From IMG/VR virus record IMGVR_UViG_3300036792_000267, positions 32,001-96,000 of that record: a stretch of DNA of 64,000 nucleotides. One strand, 5' to 3'. The position numbers and the translations under genes are program-made. This document shows, piece after piece, positions 18,833 through 28,627 of the stretch. Numbering within the stretch: position 1 is the stretch's first letter; every line of letters starts with the position of its first letter. Under the pieces are notes generated by a model. That model searched no databases, was not told where the DNA came from, and worked only from the letters and a program-made list of their open reading frames with translations. The stretch comes from a virus.

Positions 18833-20337
18833 TGGCCGGTGCCCTGGAGTTGCTGGAGGCCGAGCACGATGACCGCGAGGCCCATGACCACCTGCTGCGC
18901 GAGTGCCCGTGGTACCGACACGTGGACAAGGGCGGGCGCGACCACCCTGACCTGCATTGCAGGCCCGGCAACGGTGAGGGCGGCGCGCTAGTCAAGTTCA
19001 CCCCGCGCACGCCGGAGGCGTCCACGGTGGTGAAGCCGACGGTGCCGCCCGGCGGGCCCGGCTTGTTCCACATGAAAGGCCACCACCTGCCGCCGTACAT
19101 CGAGCACCTGTACCCGCACCTGGTGGCCCGCTACGGCAAGCAGGGGGCCTACCGGGTGGCGGTGGGCGTGGTCAAGAAGTGGAAGGAAGGCGTCAACCCG
19201 GGCGGGAAGCATCCGACAAAGACGCACCCGGACGTGCGGGCCGCCGCGCAGAAGAACATTGCTGAGTGGGAGAAGGAGAAGGCCGAGGCGCACCAGCACC
19301 GCGCTGAGCACGTCAAGGCGGCAGCCGGCGGCGTCGTCATCGCGCCGGGCACCCGCCCGCAGTACGGGCTTTACCAGAATCCGGTGCAGTCGATCTCGCC
19401 GAGCCCGCCGCTGCCGCCGGCGGTGGCGCTGCCGACCGCGGCCGAGGTGAAGGCGGTCATCCCGCTGGTGCCCGACTGCAGCCAGAAGGACCTGAGCGAC
19501 ACCGCGAAGAAGTTCCTGGAGCAGGCCGCCTGGAAGCTGAACAAGGACAACCCGCTGGAGGCGCTGAGCGTGATGCGCAGCGCCCAGACGGCCATGTACG
19601 CGGCGCACAAGGCCGACCTGGGGAACATGCTGCCCAGCGCCTACACGGCTAACGTGTTCACCCGCATCCCGCCGGCCGGCCAGTCCTCGGCGACGACGGC
19701 GATGAAGCAGGGCAACGAGCAGACACTCAGGTGGCGGAAAGCGGAGATGGCGCTGGGAGCGCTGTCTGACCGCATCCGCAAGCGCTATTTTCACGGGGTT
19801 TTCAACGGCCCGAGCCAGATGGCCCGGCTAGCGGAGGATGACATGAGCGCACTGGACCGCCTCGCGCTGGCGGTGACCACCGGCAAGGACGTGTCCGAGC
19901 CCACGGAGTCCGACACCTCGGGGGCGACGCCGCTCATCCAGCCGCCGGAGGACCTGCTGAACATTGCCGACCCCGACGCGCAGCGCCAGCTCGCGGCGCT
20001 GCCGGTGCTCGACAAGGACCGGGTGAACGCCTACCTGGCGCGAGCCCGGGACATGCTCCGCACCAACCCGGCGGGGGCAGCGCAGTCGGCGATGCGCGCC
20101 GCCGTGATTGCGAAGGAATCCGGCGCGCACGACCTGGCCCGGCACATCCTGCACCACGTGCGGGCCCTGGCTGACGGCGGCAACGCCACGTCCGCGCCGT
20201 CAGTCGCTGCGCAGATGCGCGCCGGAGGCAAGACGGTCAGCCCGCGTAACAGCCCCGGTCCTGCCAGCGACAACCCGAACGGGCCGGCGAAGCTGTCCGC
20301 GGTGGAGTTCCTGCTGGCCGCGGGGGCGGGCAGGTAG
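18832..20337 (+). CDS. Hypothetical virion/morphogenesis-associated protein
   Basis: 501 aa; LPPYIEH...AVGVVKKW...HPDVRAAA motif. Confidence 0.55.
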   Translation: MAGALELLEAEHDDREAHDHLLRECPWYRHVDKGGRDHPDLHCRPGNGEGGALVKFTPRTPEASTVVKPTVPPGGPGLFHMKGHHLPPYIEHLYPHLVARYGKQGAYRVAVGVVKKWKEGVNPGGKHPTKTHPDVRAAAQKNIAEWEKEKAEAHQHRAEHVKAAAGGVVIAPGTRPQYGLYQNPVQSISPSPPLPPAVALPTAAEVKAVIPLVPDCSQKDLSDTAKKFLEQAAWKLNKDNPLEALSVMRSAQTAMYAAHKADLGNMLPSAYTANVFTRIPPAGQSSATTAMKQGNEQTLRWRKAEMALGALSDRIRKRYFHGVFNGPSQMARLAEDDMSALDRLALAVTTGKDVSEPTESDTSGATPLIQPPEDLLNIADPDAQRQLAALPVLDKDRVNAYLARARDMLRTNPAGAAQSAMRAAVIAKESGAHDLARHILHHVRALADGGNATSAPSVAAQMRAGGKTVSPRNSPGPASDNPNGPAKLSAVEFLLAAGAGR

Positions 20338-20381
20338 GCCGATTACCCGGGCGGAATCCGCTTGCTCCCGGGAGGCACGCA

Positions 20382-21197
20382 GTGTCGCTGGATAAGATCC
20401 TCGCCCTGTCCGGCACTGGCGCCGGGCTGCCGGACCTGGACGCTGAGCTGCTGCTCGCCGTCCAGGCTGCCTCCCGGGAGCTGGCCTTGCTGCTGGCCTC
20501 CGGTGACGACAGCAGCGATGGCGACAAGGGCGGCGGGAACAAGCCCGGCAAGAACGGCGATGACGACGACAGCGGCGATGGCGGCGAGCACACGGGTCAC
20601 GCTACCTACAAGGCGATGGTGAAGCGGAACATCCCGCCGAAGAGGGCCGCCGCCATGTGCGCCAAGTCGGACAAGAACGTCAAGGCCACCCAGCTGGCCG
20701 AGTCCATCTCGGTCATCCTCGCCGGCAAGCCGGGCCAGGACATCGCGCTGGTGACGCTCACCCCGGCCAGCGAGACCGCCGAGGGGCGCAAGAAGGCGGC
20801 CGAGTCGGGGCACGCGCTGCCGGGCGGCAGTTACCCGATCGAGGACAAGAAGCACCTGCACTCGGCTGCGGTGCTGGCCGCCTCCGGGCACGGCGACACC
20901 GGCGCCGCCAAGGCGCTGATCCGCAAGCGGGCGCGCGAGCTGGGCGTGGACGTCAAGACGCTGCCTGGCTTCGGCGGCTCGGACGAGGACAACGAGAAGG
21001 CCGCCGCCTCGATGGTGGCGCTGGCCAAGCAGGCGGGCGGCGGGGTGGCGATGCACCACGCGCCGATGACCGGCACCCACGCGCACGCGCACGCGGTCGG
21101 GGCCACTCATGAGCACGACCACCAGCATTTCGGTGACAACAACCACAGCGGCGGCCCGCTGCACCGGCCGGGCTCTGAGCCGAGAAGGGACTGGTAA
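20382..21197 (+). CDS. Hypothetical protein with ALPGGSYPI (DUF6582-like) domain and His-rich tail
   Basis: GGAGG RBS; SYPIED..HL..A...KRARELG. Confidence 0.6.
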   Translation: MSLDKILALSGTGAGLPDLDAELLLAVQAASRELALLLASGDDSSDGDKGGGNKPGKNGDDDDSGDGGEHTGHATYKAMVKRNIPPKRAAAMCAKSDKNVKATQLAESISVILAGKPGQDIALVTLTPASETAEGRKKAAESGHALPGGSYPIEDKKHLHSAAVLAASGHGDTGAAKALIRKRARELGVDVKTLPGFGGSDEDNEKAAASMVALAKQAGGGVAMHHAPMTGTHAHAHAVGATHEHDHQHFGDNNHSGGPLHRPGSEPRRDW

Positions 21198-21199
21198 CC

Positions 21200-21379
21200 A
21201 TGTTCGCTTGGGTAGGCGCGCTGTTCGCCGCCATCGCCTTCATCCTGTACGCAGCCAAGTCCGGTACCAATGTCCCGTGGACCCCGATGGGCTTCACGAT
21301 CCTCGCCATCCTCTGCCTGCTACTGCACGTGGCGTTCTGGTGGTACCCGGTCGGCCGCCGCCCGGGGCCGCCAGCGTGA
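21200..21379 (+). CDS. Small two-TM membrane protein
   Basis: 59 aa; GTGA overlap with TerL. Confidence 0.55.
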   Translation: MFAWVGALFAAIAFILYAAKSGTNVPWTPMGFTILAILCLLLHVAFWWYPVGRRPGPPA

Positions 21380-23343
21380 CCTCGGCCGGCGCTGCCGCCG
21401 CGGCCCTGCTCGGGTCGGCCGGCGGCACGGGGACGTCGGCGGGCGGGACCGGCATCTTCGAGGAGGAGCCGGTCCCGCTCGACGTGTTCGTACGGGACCG
21501 CGACTACCTGGCCAACCCGCCGCTGAGCGAGGTCCAGTACGAGGCGGTGCGGCACGCTGAGCGGGTCTACTACCTGGCCACCTACGACCTGCTCAGCCAG
21601 AGCGCCGACAAGCGGGTGCGGGACTACTGGAGCCAGCCGACGCGGATGGTCAACTTCCTCGAACTCGAATGGGGCAAGGGCGGCGGCAAGGACCACACCT
21701 GCCGGATGATTGCCATGCGGGTGTGCTACCTGCTGCTGTGCCTGAAATCCCCGCAGGACTACTACCAGATGCCTGAGCAGGACAGCATTCACGTTCTCAA
21801 CGTCGCGTCGTCCTCCAAGCAGGCCCAGCGCGCGTTTTTCGCCCCGATGCGCCGCGCCGTGCAGCGGCCCGGCTGCTGGTTTCAGCGCAAGGCGGGAATC
21901 GACATCCTCGACGCCGCCGAGCGGCAGCGCCGCGGTGCCCGCGGCGACCGGACCGTCACCCTGCTGGACACCATCCGGTTCGAGCACAATATTGAGGCCG
22001 TCTCCGGGCACAGCGACGCCGACAGCCAGGAGGGGCTCAACCTGATTCTCGGCATCGCCGACGAGATCGACGCGTTCCGGTCGGCGGCGGAACTGGCGAA
22101 GAACGCGGGCGCCAAGCAGCGCGAGTCCTCCAGCTCGGCCGAGGCGATCCTCGACATGATTCGCACAAGTGCGACCACAAGGTTTCCGGAAACCTTCAAG
22201 AACGTGCACATCTCCTATCCCAGGTATCTGGGCAGCACCATCCAGCAGCTGGTTGCCAGGGGGAAGGCAGACAACGAGGCTCGCGGGAACAAGAGCCGCT
22301 ACTACGTGTCCGGCCCGCTGGCCACCTGGGAGGCGAACCCTCGTATCAAGGGCAAGGAGTCGTTCGCGGAGGACTACCTGAAGGACCCCGCCATGGCGGA
22401 GGCCAAGTACGAGTGCAAGCCGCGGCGCGCGGTCAACCCGTACTTCGCCAACGAGGAAGCCATCCGCGACTGCCTCACCGAGTACGCCCAGCCGCCCCTG
22501 GCAGTGAGCTACATCCGCGAGGGCGCGTCGTGGAAGCCGGTCTACACGTTCAGCTCCGAGTGCTACCCGGTGAAAGGCGCCTTGTACGCCATGCACGCCG
22601 ACCTGGCGGCCACCGGCGACCGGGCCGGCATCACCCTCGCCCACGTCAAGCGCTGGCAGGACCACGCGCTGACCGGGTACGACGAGGACGGGCTGGAGAT
22701 CAAGGTCGCTGAGCGCCGCCCGGTGGTGAAAGTGGACTTCACCATCAGCTACGAGGCCGACGCCGGGGCCCGCCCGCCGATGGAGATCCAGATCCGGTGG
22801 GCCCGCATGCTGTGCCTGGAACTGCGCCGGATGGGATTCCCGGTGACGTTCTTCTCCTTCGACCAGTGGCAGTCGAAAGACTCGATGCAGATCCTGGAAT
22901 CGCACGGCATCGAGACCGACCGCTTCTCCACCGACGTGTCCGAGGAGGGCTGGCGCACCCTGCGCGACGTTATGTACGAGGGGCGCCTGGAGATGCCCGC
23001 CCGCGAGCTGACGGTCATCGAGCTGCTGGGCTTGAGCCGCTTGCCAAATGGCAAGATCGACCACCTGGGCGACAGCTCCAAGGACGAGGCCGACAGCCTG
23101 GCGGGCGCGGTCTCCGGGGCGCTGCGCATCGGCGGCATGGAGGACGCCAGCGGCAAGCGGGCCTACCCTGGCCAGATCTCGTTCTACGGGCCGGCGGCCG
23201 AGATTCCCTTCCCCGCGGGAATGCCGGCGGCCATGTCGGTGCTCGGGCCTGACCAGTTCATGCCGCCCGACCGGCCTGGCATGGAGTACGGCAGCAGCTA
23301 CCTGGACGACTGGGGCTCGGTCAGCGGGGACTACCTGCAGTAA
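21376..23343 (+). CDS. terL: Terminase large subunit
   Basis: Walker A GKGGGKD, Walker B GIADEID, ISYPR coupling motif, nuclease HADLA, FDQWQS, SKDEAD. Confidence 0.9.
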   Translation: MTSAGAAAAALLGSAGGTGTSAGGTGIFEEEPVPLDVFVRDRDYLANPPLSEVQYEAVRHAERVYYLATYDLLSQSADKRVRDYWSQPTRMVNFLELEWGKGGGKDHTCRMIAMRVCYLLLCLKSPQDYYQMPEQDSIHVLNVASSSKQAQRAFFAPMRRAVQRPGCWFQRKAGIDILDAAERQRRGARGDRTVTLLDTIRFEHNIEAVSGHSDADSQEGLNLILGIADEIDAFRSAAELAKNAGAKQRESSSSAEAILDMIRTSATTRFPETFKNVHISYPRYLGSTIQQLVARGKADNEARGNKSRYYVSGPLATWEANPRIKGKESFAEDYLKDPAMAEAKYECKPRRAVNPYFANEEAIRDCLTEYAQPPLAVSYIREGASWKPVYTFSSECYPVKGALYAMHADLAATGDRAGITLAHVKRWQDHALTGYDEDGLEIKVAERRPVVKVDFTISYEADAGARPPMEIQIRWARMLCLELRRMGFPVTFFSFDQWQSKDSMQILESHGIETDRFSTDVSEEGWRTLRDVMYEGRLEMPARELTVIELLGLSRLPNGKIDHLGDSSKDEADSLAGAVSGALRIGGMEDASGKRAYPGQISFYGPAAEIPFPAGMPAAMSVLGPDQFMPPDRPGMEYGSSYLDDWGSVSGDYLQ

Positions 23344-23354
23344 GCTGCGGTGGC

Positions 23355-23579
23355 GTGTGGCCGCGCCGTAAGCCGTTCCGTCTCCTGTGCCCGTTCTGCG
23401 GTTCCCCGTTCTTCTGGGTGCGCGCCGGGCTGGTGCGCTACCGTAACAGGCTGCCGGTCATCACCTCGCTGAACGGGGCGGGCCTGGAGTGCGCCGATTG
23501 CGGACTGGTGACCGACTACCAGGATTTCGTGGACCAGCACCGCGGCTGGCTGGTGCCCCGGCGCAAGGTCCGGTCGTGA
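23355..23579 (+). CDS. Small Zn-ribbon protein
   Basis: CPFCG, CADCG. Confidence 0.5.
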   Translation: MWPRRKPFRLLCPFCGSPFFWVRAGLVRYRNRLPVITSLNGAGLECADCGLVTDYQDFVDQHRGWLVPRRKVRS

Positions 23580-23836
23580 GCGTCCCGTTCGAGATTTTGA
23601 TGGAGTACGCGGCCAGCCTCACCGAGGACGACCTGAAAGAGCCGATGGGCCAGCTGGCCGCCCGCGCCGGCACGATGCCCGAGCGCCTGGCCGACGCCAT
23701 GGTGGCCGTTAAGGTGGCGCGGGCCACGCCGCTGTCCATCCGGGCGACCATGCACCCGGCGGTGCGCAGGGCGGTGGACGCCGATCGCGGCGGGGTGGCG
23801 AGCGGGGCGCTGACCAGCTTCTTCGAGCCTGAGTAG
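23576..23836 (+). CDS. Hypothetical protein
   Basis: GTGA overlap; phage-like codon usage. Confidence 0.5.
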   Translation: MSVPFEILMEYAASLTEDDLKEPMGQLAARAGTMPERLADAMVAVKVARATPLSIRATMHPAVRRAVDADRGGVASGALTSFFEPE

Positions 23837-23854
23837 GAACCCCGCGGATATGGC

Positions 23855-23884
23855 TTGACACGAGTCAAGCAGAGGTAGTACGAT
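23855..23884 (+). promoter_or_regulatory. Sigma70/HrdB-type promoter for the tRNA cluster
   Basis: TTGACA-N18-TACGAT. Confidence 0.7.
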
Positions 23885-24143
23885 AGAGATCCAGGTCCCG
23901 GTAGACCTTAAATGCCCGCGAGATGGGACACTCTCCGGGGGGAGCGCAGGCCCCCCACCGATAAAACAGGTTGCGGGCCACAGGGCGCGCAGGCAAGCTA
24001 GGAGTCATGGTGAACAGGTCATCGAGTAAGCAGCAGGCGCGAGGGTGGTACGTCCACCCGTTCGCAGCCATGCCGCTGCCCGAAGACAACTGCACCATCA
24101 CCCGCGAGGTGGTCCCTGGATAGGACTCAGCATCCTGTTGCAG

Positions 24144-24178
24144 GAGCCGCCCCCCGGATACCGGCAGGGGCGGTTTTT
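24144..24178 (+). terminator. Terminator/attenuator-like hairpin ahead of the first tRNA
   Basis: GCCGCCCC...GGGGCGGT followed by a T run. Confidence 0.55.
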
Positions 24179-24196
24179 AGTTGGACAACTCAACAT

Positions 24197-24270
24197 AGGG
24201 GTGTAGCTCAGTAGGTCAGAGCAGCGGTCTCCAAAACCGTGTGCCGCGGGTTCGAATCCCTCCTCCCCTG
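24197..24270 (+). tRNA. tRNA-Trp(CCA)
   Basis: Cloverleaf; loop CT CCA AA. Confidence 0.9.
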
Positions 24271-24566
24271 CGACCGTCAGCAACGGCGAGAGCCTGAGCA
24301 GGCGCATGTCAACCGCATATTGACACTTCCACAGCGTGAGCATCTGCGGCGGGCGCCAACCCGCCGCAAGTTTCGGCGTGGTGAAAGACAATGCAGCTAC
24401 TCCCGGGGAGCAGCAGCCGTTAAAGGCTGGGGTCGCCGCAAGGCGGTCCTGTACCGGGCACCGTGCCAGTTTGAAAGCTTGCCGTGCCGTCATCAGGCGG
24501 AGTACACGGCAGCCAAGCGTGACGGCCGGGGCCGCGTTCACACCGTGGTCTCGCCGTCGCGCCTAT

Positions 24567-24639
24567 GGGGTCTTAGCTCAGCTGGAAGAGCATCTGCTCG
24601 GCAGACAGAAGGTCACGGGTTCAAGTCCCGTAGGCTCCA
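24567..24639 (+). tRNA. tRNA-Ala(GGC)
   Basis: G3:U70; loop TC GGC AG (C33). Confidence 0.8.
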
Positions 24640-24775
24640 CTGGACCGGATGGCAAGTCTGTCGCCATGTGTAGAGGGCCGTGACGGGTACCTCAGCGGCG
24701 GTTATACCGAAAGCCGGGTGTCTCCGGTGGCAAAGCGGCAGGTTTCGCGGGACATCTCCGTCATCCGGTTCTCCT

Positions 24776-24848
24776 GGGGCTTTAGCGCAGCTGGTAGCGC
24801 GCTGCATTCGCACCGCAGAGGCCGCGGGTTCGACTCCCGCAAGCTCCA
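24776..24848 (+). tRNA. tRNA-Ala(CGC)
   Basis: G3:U70; loop TT CGC AC. Confidence 0.88.
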
Positions 24849-25124
24849 CGTGGCGGACCGTGGCACGGCATCCGCAGCAGGGCCGATCACCCTGTGCACA
24901 GGTAACCGGCCTTGAATGCCCGGCGCGAGTCCAAGCGTCCGGGGCGGAGGCACCCGCCACTCCAATTCCCGGTGAGTAAGCCGTGGCAGGCTGAGGGGCC
25001 GGGGCAATGCGGAACAAGGCACGTGCTGGTCTGCCCCGTCGGTTCCAACCTCCGGGCCTGCTGGCCAAGGTCGCCTCGCCAGGCGGCTGATGCGGCGATG
25101 CAGGACCATGACGACCAGATTCAA

Positions 25125-25198
25125 CTAGCTATGGCGCAGCTTGGTAGCGCATCGCGTTCGGGACGCGAGGGCCGCAGGTTCAAATCCTGCTAGCCAGA
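25125..25198 (+). tRNA. tRNA-Pro(CGG)
   Basis: Loop TT CGG GA. Confidence 0.88.
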
Positions 25199-25199
25199 C

Positions 25200-25274
25200 T
25201 GGGGTGTAGGGAAGATTGGTCATCCCGCCTGCCTTGGGTGCAGGAGATCGCCGGTCCGAGTCCGGTCACCCCGA
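25200..25274 (+). tRNA. tRNA-Pro(TGG)
   Basis: Loop CT TGG GT; T-loop TCCGAGT. Confidence 0.82.
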
Positions 25275-25320
25275 CCCGTGTGAGTCAACCGACACACGTA
25301 AATCCCCATCGGTTGAGCCT

Positions 25321-25394
25321 GGGGCCTTAGCTCAGTTGGTAAGAGCGTCTGGTTGAAACCCGGAAGGTCGGTGCGTCGAGTGCACCAGGTCCCA
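25321..25394 (+). tRNA. tRNA-Phe(GAA)
   Basis: Loop TT GAA AC; atypical T-loop GTCGAGT. Confidence 0.82.
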
Positions 25395-25408
25395 CGCAGT
25401 AACACAAT

Positions 25409-25481
25409 GGGGATGTGGCCGAGCGGCTACAGGCTCCTGCCCTCCAAGCAGGCTACGCGGGTTCGATTCCCGTCATCCCCT
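25409..25481 (+). tRNA. tRNA-Gly(TCC)
   Basis: Loop CC TCC AA (C33); U73. Confidence 0.82.
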
Positions 25482-25588
25482 CTGGTACGGGCCAGACTCA
25501 TAATCTGGTTGCGTGCAAGCGGCTGTCGCGCCGCGGCCGGGCCGCCTGACGGGGGGCGACACCTTCGTCAGGGGCGCCGGTTGTTTAC

Positions 25589-25661
25589 GTGCCGCTAACT
25601 CAATTGGCAGAGTACCGTCCTCTTAAGTCGGGAGTTGGGGGTTCAAGTCCCTCGCGGCGCA
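25589..25661 (+). tRNA. tRNA-Lys(CTT)
   Basis: Loop CT CTT AA. Confidence 0.88.
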
Positions 25662-25744
25662 CTGGAGGCGGTCCGGAGACCGCGCCCGTGGCTGACAACG
25701 ACGTACAGGTCTCCTGCTGTCAGCGGGCCCGCCTCCAGCTTTTC

Positions 25745-25820
25745 GGGCGAGTAGCAGAACCGGCATATGCGGCGGCCTCAAAACCCGTGTCTCCTGCGGG
25801 TTCAAGTCCCGCCTCGCCCA
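25745..25820 (+). tRNA. tRNA-Leu(CAA)
   Basis: Loop CT CAA AA; short variable arm. Confidence 0.82.
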
Positions 25821-25917
25821 CGCGGCTGGCAAGGCCGTTCTGCGAATCCTTGCCCGGTCCCCTCTGCGGGAGGAACAGGTCCGTCAATCCGGGGTCAGCA
25901 AAGAGCCTCGGCAACTA

Positions 25918-25989
25918 TGGAGTATGGGGTAATCGGCAGCCCGGCAGATTCTGGCTCTGTCAGTCTTGGTTCGAGTCCAGGTACTCCAG
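25918..25989 (+). tRNA. tRNA-Gln(CTG)
   Basis: Loop TT CTG GC. Confidence 0.9.
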
Positions 25990-26108
25990 CGAGAGCAGCA
26001 GGTCAAGGTGCATCTCGATCTCGTCATTGGTGATGAGGCTGACAGCCAGGTCGATGAAGTCAAGTTCGTCCATACTCATTAAGTTCGCGAGCAGGCCGAA
26101 CTGTGAGG

Positions 26109-26654
26109 TCAGTCAGGAACGTAGAGGTGGTGCGGGAGGATGTTCAGCGTGTAAGTCCCGTCGAACCGCGGCATGCTGCCGGCCAGCTCCCCCAGGTGCC
26201 AGTAGACGTGGACCGCTAGGTGCTCCCACACGGCCCCGCCGGTCAGCAGGGACACCGGCACCCCGGCAGGCGCGGGAGCGTCCCACTGGCTGAGGTCGAA
26301 CTCGTCCAGTACCCGCAGCGCCTTGGTGACCGTCTGGCAGAACACGCGCAGCAGGACCACCTTCGGGAACGTCTCCCGGTCGACGCTGGCTGCCTTGCTG
26401 ACGGCACTGGGCTCGGCCAGGTTTGTCTCGTTGAACACCTGGTGGACCGAGCGGCTGAGGACCGTCCGCCGCCCGTCGAGCCACGAGCTGAACAGGTCAG
26501 CCACGCAGGCCAGGTGCCCGATCGTCCAGGCAGCGGAGAACCCGGTCGGGAGTTCTTCGAAGAACTCGTCGTTACTGACCGGCTCCAGGCCGAGTAGCAG
26601 TATGTTGCCGCTGCGGTCGATCTGCCGCGCGACGACTTGCTTAGCAGTAGTCAT
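26109..26654 (-). CDS. DinB/YfiT-like protein
   Basis: SAAWTIGHLA and HVYWHLGEL His motifs; CGTAGTA motif 5 nt upstream of ATG. Confidence 0.8.
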   Translation of the reverse strand: MTTAKQVVARQIDRSGNILLLGLEPVSNDEFFEELPTGFSAAWTIGHLACVADLFSSWLDGRRTVLSRSVHQVFNETNLAEPSAVSKAASVDRETFPKVVLLRVFCQTVTKALRVLDEFDLSQWDAPAPAGVPVSLLTGGAVWEHLAVHVYWHLGELAGSMPRFDGTYTLNILPHHLYVPD

Positions 26655-26665
26655 GCTTTTACTAC

Positions 26666-26739
26666 GCCCCGGTAGCTCAGCCGGAAGATGCGCTCGCTTC
26701 GTAAGCGAGAGGTCCCCAGTTCAACTCTGGGTCGGGGCT
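26666..26739 (+). tRNA. tRNA-Thr(CGT)
   Basis: Loop TT CGT AA. Confidence 0.85.
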
Positions 26740-26859
26740 CGGTCAGGCTGAGGCAGGGGAGGCCCTTCACCGGGTCGCACTAGGTTGCCCGCAGCCCAGT
26801 AGCTTGGGCACGGGAGAAGGATGCCGGGCAGCACGGCCCGGGTGTAGGCCTGACAACAA

Positions 26860-26943
26860 GCCCGAATGCTGCAATCGGTAGACTGACCCGCTTGAGGAGT
26901 GGGTGTCCTTCGGGGCGTGCGGGTTCGAGTCCCGCTTCGGGCA
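26860..26943 (+). tRNA. tRNA-Leu(GAG)
   Basis: Loop TT GAG GA; long variable arm. Confidence 0.88.
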
Positions 26944-27040
26944 CCTGGGGGAGATCCGGTGTAGCGCACCGGCTGGGGGCCAGGGCCCCTGGTAGTTCAA
27001 AAGTCGCTGACAGCCCTGGCAGAAAGAACACCCCCTCTAC

Positions 27041-27113
27041 GCCGGCTTAGCTCATCGGGCAGAGCGCCCGCCTTGTAAGCGGAAGGTGACCCGTTCGAGT
27101 CGGGTAGCCGGCT
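27041..27113 (+). tRNA. tRNA-Thr(TGT)
   Basis: Loop CT TGT AA. Confidence 0.88.
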
Positions 27114-27213
27114 CGGAGGCTGCATGCAAGGTACGGCGCGCTAACGCGCGGGACAGCGCAGGAACCCGAGTACCGTCGTAAACCGACTGTCCTTGCAGCC
27201 TCCTTCAGCTCGC

Positions 27214-27287
27214 TCCGGGGTGGGTTGTGCGGCATCCCGTCTTGACTTTGGATCAAGGGCACGCCAGTTCGATTCTGGCCCCCGGAA
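27214..27287 (+). tRNA. tRNA-Gln(TTG)
   Basis: Loop CT TTG GA; divergent D arm. Confidence 0.78.
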
Positions 27288-27296
27288 CAAGCACAT

Positions 27297-27370
27297 GCCC
27301 CGGTAGCTCAGTTGGCGAGAGCGTTTCCCTGGTACGGAGGAGGTCCCGCGTTCGATTCGCGGTCGGGGCT
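27297..27370 (+). tRNA. tRNA-Thr(GGT)
   Basis: Loop CT GGT AC. Confidence 0.88.
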
Positions 27371-27381
27371 CGCAAGATCAT

Positions 27382-27454
27382 GCCGACGTGGTGCAGCTGG
27401 TGGCACATCGCCTTGCCAAGGCGGAGGTCGCGGGTTCGAATCCCGTCGTCGGCT
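27382..27454 (+). tRNA. tRNA-Gly(GCC)
   Basis: Loop TT GCC AA. Confidence 0.88.
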
Positions 27455-27590
27455 CGTGTACCCCGCCGTGGCCACCGGGTAAGGGGGTTCAGCACATGCC
27501 CGGGTCGCGCCCGGCACGGTGGCACGGCTGCCCTGGCAGCCTGCTCTCCTGACGACAGGGGACAAGGGGGCTCAGCCCTCCCAGGGACGC

Positions 27591-27674
27591 GGGCGGGTGG
27601 CGGAATAGGCAGACGCGCACGGTCCAGGCCCGTGTATCCCGCAGGATGTGAGGGTTCAAGTCCCTCCTCGCCCA
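27591..27674 (+). tRNA. tRNA-Leu(CAG)
   Basis: Loop TC CAG GC (C33); long variable arm. Confidence 0.86.
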
Positions 27675-27765
27675 CTTTCGGGTCCGCTCCCGTGGCCCGG
27701 GGGCGTCGCGCATCGCGCCGCGGCGGTTCCAGTCCTCCTGCTAGCGGAGGGCGAACGGGAGGCCC

Positions 27766-27856
27766 GGAGGGATGGCACGAGTGGCTTAAGGCGCTGTCCT
27801 GCTAAGGCAGAGGGTCTGCGAGAGCGGCCCCGCGGGTTCGAATCCCGCTCCCTCCG
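27766..27856 (+). tRNA. tRNA-Ser(GCT)
   Basis: Loop CT GCT AA; long variable arm. Confidence 0.88.
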
Positions 27857-27941
27857 CTTCTGTACCGGATACCAGCCAAGTCCGTTAGGTGGTGACGCAG
27901 GTACAGCGCCCGCGGGAGACGGCAATCCTTGGCGGGCACCT

Positions 27942-28027
27942 GGAGGGTTCGCCTAGTCCGGCCTATGGCGCTGCGTCGGAAGCGCAGTTGGTTAACAGCC
28001 TCGCGAGTTCGAATCTCGCACCCTCTG
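27942..28027 (+). tRNA. tRNA-Ser(GGA)
   Basis: Loop TC GGA AG (C33). Confidence 0.85.
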
Positions 28028-28031
28028 CCCC

Positions 28032-28122
28032 GGAGAGGTAAATCGAGTTGGCCTACCGATCGCGGTCCCGAAAACCGTCAGGGGGTTCGTCCCCCGTGTG
28101 AGTTCGAGTCTCACCCTCTCTG
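28032..28122 (+). tRNA. tRNA-Ser(CGA)
   Basis: Loop CC CGA AA (C33); long variable arm. Confidence 0.82.
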
Positions 28123-28315
28123 CGCATGGCTTGAGGCGGTACCCGCGGGCCGCTGCAGGTACCGCCTCCGTAATCGCCAGGCGAATGAATCTGCTCGGAT
28201 TCAGCTTCGAGACCAGACTCGGTGCCTTGCAGGCGGCTGTTACCGCCTGCACCCGAAAGCATACATACGGTTACGATCTTGAGCAAGCGGCGAAATAGCT
28301 CAAGATGTCTGGCAC

Positions 28316-28388
28316 GGGCGGGCAGCTCGATGGTTCGAGCAGCTTCCTGATACGGAGAAGGTTGGAGGTTCAAGTCCTCCTCCGCCCA
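28316..28388 (+). tRNA. tRNA-Ile(GAT)
   Basis: Loop CT GAT AC; C at position 8. Confidence 0.82.
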
Positions 28389-28399
28389 CGTACGACCGG

Positions 28400-28473
28400 A
28401 GGCCGGTAGCTCAGCTGGTCAGAGCGACACGCTTATAACGTGTGCGTCAGGAGTTCAAGCCTCCTCCGGCCTA
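28400..28473 (+). tRNA. tRNA-Ile(TAT)
   Basis: Loop CT TAT AA. Confidence 0.85.
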
Positions 28474-28476
28474 CGA

Positions 28477-28552
28477 CGCGGGGTAGCTCAGTTGGCAGAG
28501 CAGCCGGCCCATAACCGGAAGGTCGCGGGTCCGAGTCCCGTCCTCGCTACCA
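28477..28552 (+). tRNA. tRNA-Met(CAT)
   Basis: Loop CC CAT AA (C33); 1:72 mismatch; encoded CCA. Confidence 0.82.
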
Positions 28553-28553
28553 C

Positions 28554-28627
28554 GGGCCGCTAGCTCAACAGCGAAGAGCAGTTGCCTTTTAAGCTTCAGG
28601 TTCCGGGTTCGAGCCCCGGGCGGCCCA
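28554..28627 (+). tRNA. tRNA-Lys(TTT)
   Basis: Loop CT TTT AA. Confidence 0.85.

Noticed and set aside
21109-21375. Extended TerL N-terminus from the ORF track
   Set aside because: Overlaps two better genes; GTG 21376 is coupled to the upstream stop.
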